Shown: piece after piece, positions 1-9,425 of the stretch | Numbering within the stretch: position 1 is the first letter of the stretch | How the letters are laid out: every line of letters starts with the position of its first letter | NCBI GenBank assembly: GCA_048941265.1 | Contig: JBHLNT010000038.1 | Span: forward strand, 1 to 29,935 | Direction of reading: 5' to 3' | Source: Promethearchaeota archaeon | Lineage (GTDB): Archaea; Asgardarchaeota; Lokiarchaeia; Sigyniarchaeales; SOKP01 | DNA length: 29,935 nucleotides | The notes under the pieces: model-generated | Databases searched by the model: none | What the model was told of the DNA's origin: nothing | The model's input: only the letters and a program-made list of their open reading frames with translations | Made by a program: the position numbers and the translations under genes

Positions 1-975
1 AATTTCTTTGTTTGGATAATCATAAATTTCTAAATTTTTCCTTCCATTAGCGGATATTTTCTTATTTTCATAAATTGTGATTTGAACTTCATTTGTTGCT
101 TTTTTAAATACTTTAGAACCAATATCAAAGATTTTTAATATATTTGCATTTGAAAGAAGTGTGTTTCTAAATTCAATATATCCTTGCCTGAGGAGAAAAC
201 TCTTAGGGACTAAAAAGGCAATTATATCATTGCTCCATTCAAGAACTTTCATTAGGAAAACGCAATAAATATCATGATATATTTTACTTTTTTTAAATAA
301 CTCCTTTTCATCTGATGATAAGATATTTCCATAAGGGGGATTTGATAAGATTATGTCGAATTTTGGGATTTTTGAATGAATTAAACTATTTTTTATTTTT
401 AGATTAGATTCTAGCACAGAAATTATATTAGAAAAATTATCATCAATCCCTTGATAAGCCCAATCAAACAATTTTAAAATACTTAATTTAATTGCAGATT
501 CATTAATATCAAATCCATGAAGATTATTTATTATTTGAAGTTTAATTTTAGAGGATTTTAAACTCGGGTTTAGATTTTTAATACTACTATATAGAATTTC
601 CGCCATACTTAATAGAAATACTCCTGATCCACATGCAGGATCACAAATTTTAATGTTTAATAATGTATTACAAAAAAGGACCTTTTTTTCAGGATTTAAC
701 CTAAGTATATCTTCAATATTTTCAATTTTATTTTCTGTATTCCATTTATTGATTAAAAGAATAAGGGCTTCAGTAACCATAAAATCTGAAATATCATTGC
801 TTGTATAATATACCCCTTCTTCTTTTCGCTTGCGATAAGTTTTTAAAAAGAGGTTTTCGGCTAATTTAATTAACTTCAGACAATTTTTTAATTTCTGATG
901 ATTATTATTCTCTAAACTGCTTTTAAATAAATTATAGATTTTATTAATTCCTTGGAAATCTTCCACTTCATTCAT
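1..975 (-). CDS. N6-adenine DNA methyltransferase (Eco57I/type IIG-like), 3' end truncated by window edge
   Basis: Not in the ORF track; read manually from ATG at 975. Contains RKRKEEGVYYT, motif I ICDPACGSGVFL (~615-648) and motif IV FDIILSNPPYG (~328-360) in the same frame. Confidence 0.88.
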   Translation of the reverse strand, partial: MNEVEDFQGINKIYNLFKSSLENNNHQKLKNCLKLIKLAENLFLKTYRKRKEEGVYYTSNDISDFMVTEALILLINKWNTENKIENIEDILRLNPEKKVLFCNTLLNIKICDPACGSGVFLLSMAEILYSSIKNLNPSLKSSKIKLQIINNLHGFDINESAIKLSILKLFDWAYQGIDDNFSNIISVLESNLKIKNSLIHSKIPKFDIILSNPPYGNILSSDEKELFKKSKIYHDIYCVFLMKVLEWSNDIIAFLVPKSFLLRQGYIEFRNTLLSNANILKIFDIGSKVFKKATNEVQITIYENKKISANGRKNLEIYDYPNKEI

Positions 976-1115
976 ATCTTTATAAAAATTATTATTCTTT
1001 CTCAAAAGTATAAGGGGTTAATTCAGTTATAAATTTTAAGCTATAAATAATTAACTTCTTATCCGGGATTTTCTTTATATTTTTATACTTTTATTACCTT
1101 TATATTATTGAGAAT

Positions 1116-1607
1116 ATGAAAGAAGAAGATGAAAAAGAAGATTACGATGGAATTGCTCCAATAAAGCATATTGTTAAAAAAATGAAGAAGGAGTATGACA
1201 AAGATCCTAAACAGTGGAGAGTAATTGGCTCCAAAGATAAAAAAGGAAACTATGATACTTTCATTACAAAAAAACCAAATGCTTATTGGTTAAAATCCAA
1301 ACAGTTAAGTCCTTATTCGGCTTTGTCAATGGGTACGATCGCCAGAAATATTGACAAGGATATTGATGAAAAAATCGGAAATAATATGACTCCAAATGAT
1401 TTTCTCAGACTATTTGGGATGGTTGTACCTATTAAAAAAGATCAAAGTGTCGTGGCGGCAGGTATAGAAAAATATTCTCAAGAACACGGAGACTATCTAA
1501 AAAAGATTATTGGCGAAAAAAATTCAAATTTAGAACATCAGTTAGGGAGAAAAATTGATGAGGAATTCAGAAAAAAGCATCCATTAAGAGATGGTTTATA
1601 TTTATAA
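1116..1607 (+). CDS. hypothetical protein, 163 aa
   Basis: Clean ATG-TAA ORF filling the gap; no recognised motif. Confidence 0.7.
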   Translation: MKEEDEKEDYDGIAPIKHIVKKMKKEYDKDPKQWRVIGSKDKKGNYDTFITKKPNAYWLKSKQLSPYSALSMGTIARNIDKDIDEKIGNNMTPNDFLRLFGMVVPIKKDQSVVAAGIEKYSQEHGDYLKKIIGEKNSNLEHQLGRKIDEEFRKKHPLRDGLYL

Positions 1608-1638
1608 AATTTTATAATATGGTAAAATAAAAAATTTC

Positions 1639-2052
1639 TTATAACTTTCCCTTTAAAGTTCCGAGCTCATCTTTACTTTTTATGATTGGTAGATTATTTG
1701 AATAGGTTCCAGTATTATTAATTAATTCTGTGATTATCGCATTAATTTTCTGCGACCCTGATTTGCCTTCAAGACCTTTCGCATAGTCTTTTAAGATAGT
1801 AACATTTAAATCTTCTACATAAAAAGAAACACCTTTGGTGAGTTCTTCTAACATCAATTGAAAGGCTAGATCTGCGCCTTTTTCTGCTTTCACAAGAGGG
1901 TCATCGGGCTCATCAAACGTATAGGAGACTTCAAGCCACCTATCATTATCGGAGGGAACAATTCCATAGATATAATCATTGGTGTAGATCCAAAGAGGTG
2001 TCCCTTTATCAAAAGATGAATCGACAATCGCTTTAAATTCTTCAGCACACAT
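1639..2052 (-). CDS. hypothetical protein, 137 aa
   Basis: Clean ORF convergent with 1116-1607; globular composition, no recognised motif. Confidence 0.7.
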   Translation of the reverse strand: MCAEEFKAIVDSSFDKGTPLWIYTNDYIYGIVPSDNDRWLEVSYTFDEPDDPLVKAEKGADLAFQLMLEELTKGVSFYVEDLNVTILKDYAKGLEGKSGSQKINAIITELINNTGTYSNNLPIIKSKDELGTLKGKL

Positions 2053-2188
2053 AGTTAATACTTTTTTATGGGTTTTTATTAACTTTTACTTTTTATTATA
2101 TTATAATATTATTTATTTAAAAAATTCTGGATTTAAAAAATTACACGTTATTATGAACATATTTTATATCTAATTTGGTAATGAAATA

Positions 2189-2950
2189 ATGCGTGAATTG
2201 AATTATAAAAAATTGGCTATTGAAATTCAAAATTGGATTAAAGACTATGTATATTCTGCGAATGCAAAAGGCGTGGTCTTAGGATTAAGTGGAGGAATTG
2301 ATAGCGCAGTTACTGCGGCTTTAAGCGCAAATGCACTTGGTAAAGAGAATGTATTGACTTTAGGATTACCGATTGAATCCATCCCTCAAGATTTAGAGGA
2401 TGCAAAGTTAATCGCGAATCATTTAGGAATTTCATTTGTAGTTTCAGATTTAACCTCAGTTTATAAAGAATTAGTTAAAGTATTACCTGCTGAAATCCAA
2501 TCAAACCAAATGGCATTGGCAAATATTAAACCAAGATTACGAATGACAACGATTTATTATGTCGGCCAATCTTTAGAATATCTTGTCGGAGGAACAGGAA
2601 ATCGGGCAGAAATCGCCATAGGTTATTTTACTAAATATGGTGACGGAGGAGTTGATTTTGAACCTTTAGGTGCTTTATATAAATGTGAAGTTAGAAAAAT
2701 TGCTCAAATTCTCGGCATACCCGTGAAAATAATCAAAAAACCACCAAGTGCGGGACTCTGGCAAGGGCAAACAGATGAGGGTGAAATTGGAATGAATTAT
2801 GATTTGTTAGACGAAATTTTATACAGAATTGATCATCATTTAGATTTAAATGATATAAATGCTGATGAGGTTGAAAAGGTAATAAAGATGATGAAGGCGG
2901 CAGAACATAAAAATAAGATGCCACCATTCTTTAAAGTACGTAAAGTTTAA
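2189..2950 (+). CDS. nadE: NH3-dependent NAD+ synthetase
   Basis: GLSGGIDSA PP-loop, ANIKPRLRM, GYFTKYGDG, KPPSAGLW and TDE motifs; no glutaminase domain. Confidence 0.96.
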   Translation: MRELNYKKLAIEIQNWIKDYVYSANAKGVVLGLSGGIDSAVTAALSANALGKENVLTLGLPIESIPQDLEDAKLIANHLGISFVVSDLTSVYKELVKVLPAEIQSNQMALANIKPRLRMTTIYYVGQSLEYLVGGTGNRAEIAIGYFTKYGDGGVDFEPLGALYKCEVRKIAQILGIPVKIIKKPPSAGLWQGQTDEGEIGMNYDLLDEILYRIDHHLDLNDINADEVEKVIKMMKAAEHKNKMPPFFKVRKV

Positions 2951-3124
2951 AATAAGAATTCAAAAGTGTATCTCATATTTCAAAATAGAATATAGAAACT
3001 TTAAAAATCTATTATAAAAATCCTTTCTCCAAATGAAATGATAAGTTACATCTCATAATAATTAAAAATTGAAATAAAAAAATAAATATTATTTGGTAAT
3101 TCTTTTACTTTTAGCATATTAGAT

Positions 3125-3583
3125 TCAATCGCCTAAGTCATATTTAGTAAATAATGTCCTGTCAGTATTTTCCATTGTATTTATTAATTCCATAGCAGCT
3201 CTAGCATATCTCATAGCTAAACTCATCTCACCTTCGAGTTTTAGTACTCCTTGCATTAATGATTGGATAATATCTATCTCTTTAAAAGCAACCTTTCTCC
3301 AATTGAGCATACTGCCAAAAACTTTTAAAATTGGCTCTCTGGGGGGATCTTCATTGACTCTGAGAATTTTAATACCTAAACATTTCCCGGCTTTGAGGTC
3401 AATAAAAGCAGCAATATCTTCCTCAATCTCTCCACATGCCTCCAATACTATGTATAAAGCACCTTCAAAATCAATACCCCAATTTTTTGCAGACTCTTCA
3501 TAATTGGTATTATTATTTAAAGCTTCACAATATTCTTTACTCCATGCGACTGCCTCTTCCTTTAAGTCATCAAATTTTACCAT
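3125..3583 (-). CDS. SCP2 sterol-carrier-domain protein
   Basis: W...(Y/F)..ALN N-terminus and D.IQSLMQGVLKLEGEMSLAMR C-terminal signature. Confidence 0.85.
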   Translation of the reverse strand: MVKFDDLKEEAVAWSKEYCEALNNNTNYEESAKNWGIDFEGALYIVLEACGEIEEDIAAFIDLKAGKCLGIKILRVNEDPPREPILKVFGSMLNWRKVAFKEIDIIQSLMQGVLKLEGEMSLAMRYARAAMELINTMENTDRTLFTKYDLGD

Positions 3584-3712
3584 TTTTAAAACCTTTCTTT
3601 TTTGAAAAACCTTTTAATTTCTAATAGATAATATTTAGTGATGATCATTAAATATGATCAATAATTAATGTATTCTAATATATAAAAGTAATTAAATTCA
3701 ATAGGTAGAAAA

Positions 3713-4135
3713 ATGATTGAAGCTCAGAAGGAGTATATGTATGATCTAACTAATAGGATGCTAGATAGTTTAATCATTGAGAAAAAAAAAAATCCTAAGA
3801 ACCTTAAAAAATTCAAAAATTTTGATGCAAAAATTAATCTGGGATTACAAACAGATAAAAACTCCTATACTTGGTTTAATTTAGTTTTTAATAAAGGAAA
3901 TCATCAATTAAATAAAGGTGATTTAAAGGATGATTATGATTTAGTATTGAAATTCACTCCAGAAGACCTAATATTTTTTTGTAATGGGGAAAATTCTATT
4001 GTCCATATGTTATTGAAAAAAAATAAATTTGGAAATAGGAAACTACGGTTTAGCAAAGGTACCACGGGGCGAAATTTCTTTAAACTATTAAAATTACCTA
4101 AATTACTCGTTATGGACAAAAAGAGACCTATATAA
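3713..4135 (+). CDS. hypothetical basic protein, probable divergent SCP2-like fold
   Basis: NLVFNKG...DYDLVLKFTPEDLIFFCNGE...ML...KLRF pattern resembles SCP2. Confidence 0.55.
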   Translation: MIEAQKEYMYDLTNRMLDSLIIEKKKNPKNLKKFKNFDAKINLGLQTDKNSYTWFNLVFNKGNHQLNKGDLKDDYDLVLKFTPEDLIFFCNGENSIVHMLLKKNKFGNRKLRFSKGTTGRNFFKLLKLPKLLVMDKKRPI

Positions 4136-4190
4136 GAACAAAATTTTCAAATTAAATTTAGATTTCTTCTGTTTTTTTCATAAAATTCAT

Positions 4191-5789
4191 TCACAAACTT
4201 GCGATAATTCTTCTAATCTTAGTTATTCGAGCACTTATTTCATCTAATTGGTTTTTAAGGCCCTCACTGCGATTGTTGAATTCGTACTCATCTATTGTTC
4301 CACTACCATAGCTATTACTCAAATCTTTATAGCTTTTTTCCAAAGAATATCTCCTTCCCTCAAGAGCAATTAATTCTTGGTAAAGACTATCTTTATCTTT
4401 CGGTAAGGCTTCGACACTTTTTTCGGGTTCAATTGCATAAGTCTCAGAAAAGGCTACGGTCTCGACTTTTTTAGGAACTGGCTCTACCGATTTAGGAAAA
4501 ACTTTTAGTGTTGTAGGGATTGAGGTTACTTCTTCCTTTTTCGCTTCTTTTTTCAATATCTCTTTAGCGGGTTCCAGTTTTGCCCTTTTCTCTGGTTCTA
4601 ATGTTTGCTCAGAAGATCTGCTGGCTACTGATGAGAGGACATTAAAAAGATCAGTTCCACTGGATTTAATAGTATCGGTATCAATTTCTTCTATACTAAT
4701 GGGTGAAATTTTAGGTTTCGACCTAATTATTGGAGTTAAAATTGGTTTTTCTTCAGTTTCAGCAGGAATTGGCATTGATATTGATTCTTCTGAAATATCC
4801 GACTCAGAAGGAATTGGCATAAGCTCCGCATCTAGACCTGCAGATTTCATAGATTTAGGCTTTACAGTTGGTAAAGGCGTTAGTCTTGTATTGTCCTCAG
4901 AAATTTTCATAATTTCTGGTTTTTCAACAGGTATAGGTGTTAAATCCACTTCTTCGGAGGGAATTTGCGCAAGCTTAAATGGAATTTTAGATTCAGCATC
5001 AATACTTGGTATTTCTGAAATCATAGGAGTCAATTTCGGTTTCTCTAAAGATTCTGCAGATTTGATTTGCTCCATTAATGACTCTTCATTTATCTCAGAG
5101 ATTTCCATTTCTTCCTCAAATTCAGGTTCTTCAATTTCTTCTTCATAAAATAGAGTCTCCTCTGTACCTTCTTCTGCAGTTTGTTCAAGATGAATTTTTA
5201 TATGAGGTGCTATTTCAGGTTTTTTTATTGAGGGAATTTTTATCTCTGGTGGAGCAAGTTTTACTTCTTTCTTAGGAATTATTTTTTGCACCGGTTTCTT
5301 ATGAGTAAGTTCTTGTAGTTTTTCGTCTTTACTGTCCAACTCCTGTTTTAAATGTTCGATGGTATCTTTTAAATTGCCAATTTCATTTTTAAATTGCTCT
5401 GTAACTTGAAAAACTATATCTGAAACATCTATTTGCGGTACTTCTATGTCGGCACTAGTTTTAGCCTCTAAACTTTCACCACTCTCGTCAATTGTTTGAA
5501 CTTTGGCTGATTCTTTTCTCACACCACTTAATTTTAAAAATTTATCAATATTCCCTGGTAATCCTTCTACTTCTTTAAACCATAAATCTAATGTGTCCCA
5601 ATTTTCAAGTTTGGAAAGTATATCCTCAATAAGACTAATTTGTTGAGGAAATACATTTATCATTTTTAAATTCTCGAATAGATCAATTAATTGACCTCTT
5701 GCTTCAATTTCCTCATCAGGAGTAGGTTCTTGATCCGTTAAATGAAGATATATTTCTTTTATTTCTTGTAGAAATTCGTTTTCACTCAT
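4191..5789 (-). CDS. 532-aa acidic, Pro-rich protein: helical N-terminus, coiled coil, disordered repeat linker, C-terminal helical hairpin
   Basis: Long ORF; coiled coil FKNEIGNLKDTIEHLKQEL; repeated (L/I/M)(T/S/M)P(I/L/M)P-like motifs; C-terminal G-T-I-D-x-x-E-F hairpin. Confidence 0.85.
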   Translation of the reverse strand: MSENEFLQEIKEIYLHLTDQEPTPDEEIEARGQLIDLFENLKMINVFPQQISLIEDILSKLENWDTLDLWFKEVEGLPGNIDKFLKLSGVRKESAKVQTIDESGESLEAKTSADIEVPQIDVSDIVFQVTEQFKNEIGNLKDTIEHLKQELDSKDEKLQELTHKKPVQKIIPKKEVKLAPPEIKIPSIKKPEIAPHIKIHLEQTAEEGTEETLFYEEEIEEPEFEEEMEISEINEESLMEQIKSAESLEKPKLTPMISEIPSIDAESKIPFKLAQIPSEEVDLTPIPVEKPEIMKISEDNTRLTPLPTVKPKSMKSAGLDAELMPIPSESDISEESISMPIPAETEEKPILTPIIRSKPKISPISIEEIDTDTIKSSGTDLFNVLSSVASRSSEQTLEPEKRAKLEPAKEILKKEAKKEEVTSIPTTLKVFPKSVEPVPKKVETVAFSETYAIEPEKSVEALPKDKDSLYQELIALEGRRYSLEKSYKDLSNSYGSGTIDEYEFNNRSEGLKNQLDEISARITKIRRIIASL

Positions 5790-5969
5790 ATTGAATCATT
5801 TGAATATTTAATTGATCTCCTCAGAATAAAAATATCTTTATATATTAAGAAAATAATCAATAATTTATTTTTTTGGTAATAATAGTTAAAACAATAAATT
5901 TATAATACAGCATTTTATAAAAATTACTAAACATAAGAATAAATATTACATAAATATAGTTAAGATATT

Positions 5970-6215
5970 ATGTTATTAGAAATACTTCAAACAGAAAGGC
6001 AAGTCCAGTACCCTATTTTACGATTGATAATATGGTTAGCATTCCTCGTCGTGTATATTTATATGGCCCAATATATTTATAAAGATAGCCTGAGAAGGAA
6101 TTTAAATGCGGAATTATGGTTATTAATTGTTTTAGTAATCCCAATTGCAAGTTGGATTGTATATTTTTTAGTGAGAAAGGAAAAATCCCGAGTACAAGAA
6201 GAATCGAGAATATAG
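5970..6215 (+). CDS. small membrane protein (PLDc N-terminal-like)
   Basis: Hydrophobic helices and Y.D..RR....LWLLIVL..P....IVYFLVR pattern. Confidence 0.7.
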   Translation: MLLEILQTERQVQYPILRLIIWLAFLVVYIYMAQYIYKDSLRRNLNAELWLLIVLVIPIASWIVYFLVRKEKSRVQEESRI

Positions 6216-6321
6216 CTCTTATAAATATATTTTTATTACTTTATTAATTTAAAACAAGAAAACATTATTAATTTTCTTTCGATTTTAATTTCCAAATCTA
6301 TAATTTGGTAAATATATTTAA

Positions 6322-6717
6322 TTACACTCTACGGCCTCTATGTCCTCCCTTTCGTCTACAATGATCGTGAGATTTTGGAGTGACTTCCTCGATTCTACCT
6401 ATTTGTAAACCTGATCTGGCCAAGGCTCGGATACAAGCTTGAGCTCCGGGACCCGGGGTTTGTGCTTTATTGCCACCTGGAGCTCTTACCTTAATATGAA
6501 TACCAGTTATACCTTTATCTTTAAGATCGTTCGCTACTCGAAATCCACATTGCATTGCTGCATATGGGCTACTTTCATCGCGATCAGCCTTGGTTACCAT
6601 ACCCCCTGAGCACTTAGCAAACGTTTCAGCACCACTAAGGTCCGTTGCTGTCACAATTGTGTTATTATAGCTAGAAAGTATATGCACAATACACCATTTT
6701 ATTTTTTGTTTACTCAT
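6322..6717 (-). CDS. rps11: 30S ribosomal protein S11 (uS11)
   Basis: [41 protein letters not shown]; SD GAGGT upstream. Confidence 0.98.
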   Translation of the reverse strand: MSKQKIKWCIVHILSSYNNTIVTATDLSGAETFAKCSGGMVTKADRDESSPYAAMQCGFRVANDLKDKGITGIHIKVRAPGGNKAQTPGPGAQACIRALARSGLQIGRIEEVTPKSHDHCRRKGGHRGRRV

Positions 6718-6734
6718 AATATTTACCTCTTTTT

Positions 6735-7229
6735 TTAAGTTGATTTTACAAAAGGACTACTCGCTGCAAATGTAATTAAATCTTCTTCCTCTTTTTTGAC
6801 AATGTAAGAAGGAGAATTAATTCGTTTATTTCCTACTTGAATATGGTTATGCACTATTTTCTGCCTCGCTTCATATATCGTTGTTGCAAGTCCTTTCTCA
6901 TAAACTAAAGTTTGTAATCTTCTTTTTAATACATCTTCTACGGTTAAAAGGAGCACATCATCAAATTCCGCTTCAGATCCTATCACTCCTAATCTTTGCA
7001 ATTTTTTAATTAATGTACTTTGAACATCAATCGCTTGTTCTCGTGGTAATGATCGTGATTGCCTCGCAATATTTCTCCATTTTCCAAGCATTGTACGCGA
7101 TTTCCAGAATTCCCTTTTATTTCGTAATCCATACTTCCCTAAAAACTCCAGCTCTTCCATCATTCTCTCTTTTTGATAAGGATGAGCAGGCTTTTTAAAC
7201 TTCTTTTTTAATTTTCGCGGATCTCCCAT
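6735..7229 (-). CDS. rps4: 30S ribosomal protein S4 (uS4), archaeal type
   Basis: MGDPRK..KK...[18 protein letters not shown]...GLA, ARQ.IVH.HI. Confidence 0.98.
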   Translation of the reverse strand: MGDPRKLKKKFKKPAHPYQKERMMEELEFLGKYGLRNKREFWKSRTMLGKWRNIARQSRSLPREQAIDVQSTLIKKLQRLGVIGSEAEFDDVLLLTVEDVLKRRLQTLVYEKGLATTIYEARQKIVHNHIQVGNKRINSPSYIVKKEEEDLITFAASSPFVKST

Positions 7230-7244
7230 TATTATTAATCACTT

Positions 7245-7730
7245 TTATAGCTTTTGTTTTTTCATTTTCCTTCGCAGAACTCCAACAACTAATCCATGTC
7301 TTCCAGTACTCTTTGTTCTTTGGCCCCTCACTTTTAAGTGCAAATGGTGCCGAATTCCTTTATAACTTTTGTTCCGTTTCATCCTATCAATATCTCGCTT
7401 CACTGAAATCTCCAATTGGTTTCCAAGAAGATGTCTATCCTCTCCAGTTCTTAAATCTTTTTTTCGATTTACCATCCAGTTAGGAATACCATTTGCAACG
7501 GGATTTAGAATGATCTCTTCTATTCTATTGAGATCTTTTTCCGGTATAGCTCCAATTCTCGCTTCAGGGCTTACATTGGCTAACCTAACTATTGCTTGAG
7601 CAAAACGTTTCCCAATCCCTTTAATTTGTGTTAATCCAAATTCTACTTTTGCGTTTCCATCAACATGAGACCTTAATTGTGTAAAATAGACTTGTTCTCT
7701 GAAATTTTTGGGCCTGATCGGTGAACTCAT
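7245..7730 (-). CDS. rps13: 30S ribosomal protein S13 (uS13)
   Basis: LT.IKGIG.R.A, IP.WM.NR.KD..TG, SYKG.RH...L.VRGQRTKSTGR. Confidence 0.98.
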   Translation of the reverse strand: MSSPIRPKNFREQVYFTQLRSHVDGNAKVEFGLTQIKGIGKRFAQAIVRLANVSPEARIGAIPEKDLNRIEEIILNPVANGIPNWMVNRKKDLRTGEDRHLLGNQLEISVKRDIDRMKRNKSYKGIRHHLHLKVRGQRTKSTGRHGLVVGVLRRKMKKQKL

Positions 7731-7813
7731 ATTTTATGAAAATAATTATTATAATTAAATTACTCAATTTAATGAGGATTAAAATATTAATTTTTTGATT
7801 TTCATTCAGATCT

Positions 7814-7821
7814 TATATAAA
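7814..7821 (-). promoter_or_regulatory. candidate TATA box for rps13-rps4-rps11
   Basis: TTTATATA on the minus strand ~85 nt upstream of the rps13 ATG; the AT-rich background makes this weak. Confidence 0.35.
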
Positions 7822-7868
7822 ATTATCATAAAGATATAGTTTTGAATTTAAGAGGGGTGATAGGAAGC

Positions 7869-9365
7869 TTAATAAATTGGAACTCTTAAATTTTTTTCCT
7901 TTTTCTCATTTATATGTTTCTTACATCCATTTTTCTTATTTCCAGCAATTTTTTGTAGCATAGGTAAACCAGGAGTAACCTCCTCTATTGGTTTTGATTC
8001 GATTAAGTCATTTGCAATAAGTGCTTTAAATAAATTTTTACCAATATCAGTTCTTATAATTACGGTATTCCATCCTGAAGGGGAACCTATCGATCCAACT
8101 GAGATGTCAGCAGATTCGGAGGTTAAATCAAAACAAACTTCACAATCTTCCCTAGCCAAATGACTTGTTTCCTTTATAGGAACATAATATTCCTCTTTAT
8201 TTTTTGTATAAACAAAAAATTTCCCCTTATTAATATCCATTTTCCTTATATCGTTTATCGCTATTCCTAGTACTTCACAAATTTTTAAGAGAGATTGATA
8301 TGAAAAAGATTCCATACAAAATATACCGATTCTATACTTTATATTATTCAAACAGGGAATACCTATATTATAAATCTCTGATTTAAGTAATGCTTGCATC
8401 ATACAAGGAACTCCTACCACAGCAATTTTATGATTAGAGCTATTACACTCATTTAAAATTTGCAATGTAGGGTTATTAACATATTTAGTTCCTGAAGTTT
8501 GAAGAATTTCTTCTTTACTCTTAAGGAGCAACGGTTCGGGGCGCCAAATTGTATTACTCATTTTGGCTCCTAAAGCAAAATCTATCTTTTGATTATCAAA
8601 AAGATAATACAAACAAGTACTAGCAATACCGCCATCCTGACAGACTTCTGAAATTTCTTTTATTTTTGTTCGAGCAGAATAGACTTCTGTAAAGAAACCT
8701 ATATTAGAATATTCTTTAAAATCAAGTGCTTTATTTTGGTACATATTTATAAGATTGACCGGTAAATAACTTCTGGGGCATACAAAATAACATATACCAC
8801 ATCGAATACATTTTTCTTTATCTATTTTCCCAAATCCATTATAAATATTGAGACAATTTACAGGACATACGCCTGCACAAGTTCCACAACCAGAACAAAC
8901 ATTTGAATTAAATATTACCTCAACAGGTTCATAAATAGATTTAATTTGAAAAATATCTCCTTTATTGCATTCTATTTTAAAATCACGTAAGATTAATTTA
9001 GGATCTGTGTCTTCTCCTTTAATTTCAGCTTTATCATAGATTTCTTCTACCTTTATAACATTTTCGGACCTAAGAAGTTCTAATAAACTATAGGCTTTCT
9101 TAATATCAATTGAGTTTTTTAGAGAAAATTCTTTTAGGGTTTCAATGTTAGCTTTTGGTTTTGCTTTCAAAAACTCAAAAAGAGAATATTTAATTAAATC
9201 TTCATCAAACATTTTGAGTAAGATTGAGTAATATTGGTCCTCAGAATATCGACCAGCGTTTAAAATATCATCTTTTGCATCTATTAATGCTCTTATTCTA
9301 AATGAATCTAAGGTATCTGCTACATTTTTTAGATATTCCCATGTTAAAGAACCTTCAGGATTCAT
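7869..9365 (-). CDS. F420 hydrogenase/dehydrogenase beta subunit family (FrhB/FdhB/FpoF-like) with 2x[4Fe-4S] ferredoxin domain and N-terminal extension
   Basis: CSGCGTCAGVCP and CIRCGICYFVCP; QDGG, SGTKY, VGVPC, IGIFCMESF, CEVC.D, ADISVGSIGSP.GW. Start placed at ATG 9365 (MNPEG) rather than GTG 9413. Confidence 0.92.
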   Translation of the reverse strand: MNPEGSLTWEYLKNVADTLDSFRIRALIDAKDDILNAGRYSEDQYYSILLKMFDEDLIKYSLFEFLKAKPKANIETLKEFSLKNSIDIKKAYSLLELLRSENVIKVEEIYDKAEIKGEDTDPKLILRDFKIECNKGDIFQIKSIYEPVEVIFNSNVCSGCGTCAGVCPVNCLNIYNGFGKIDKEKCIRCGICYFVCPRSYLPVNLINMYQNKALDFKEYSNIGFFTEVYSARTKIKEISEVCQDGGIASTCLYYLFDNQKIDFALGAKMSNTIWRPEPLLLKSKEEILQTSGTKYVNNPTLQILNECNSSNHKIAVVGVPCMMQALLKSEIYNIGIPCLNNIKYRIGIFCMESFSYQSLLKICEVLGIAINDIRKMDINKGKFFVYTKNKEEYYVPIKETSHLAREDCEVCFDLTSESADISVGSIGSPSGWNTVIIRTDIGKNLFKALIANDLIESKPIEEVTPGLPMLQKIAGNKKNGCKKHINEKKEKNLRVPIY

Positions 9366-9425
9366 AAATTTCCATATAATCTTTTTTTTAAATCTATTAT
9401 TAAGTCCGAACACCCATACTAAGGG

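Noticed and set aside
4699-5275. Plus-strand ORFs 4699-5148 and 5078-5275
   Set aside because: Antisense shadows of the low-complexity 532-aa gene.
7731-7868. Second SECIS after the FrhB-like gene
   Set aside because: The AUGA words there are followed only by weak AU pairing that overlaps the likely rps13 TATA box.
9366-9413. GTG start at 9413 for the FrhB-like gene
   Set aside because: The added peptide (MFGLNNRFKKKIIWKF) derives from AT-rich intergenic-like sequence; ATG 9365 is more plausible but not proven.
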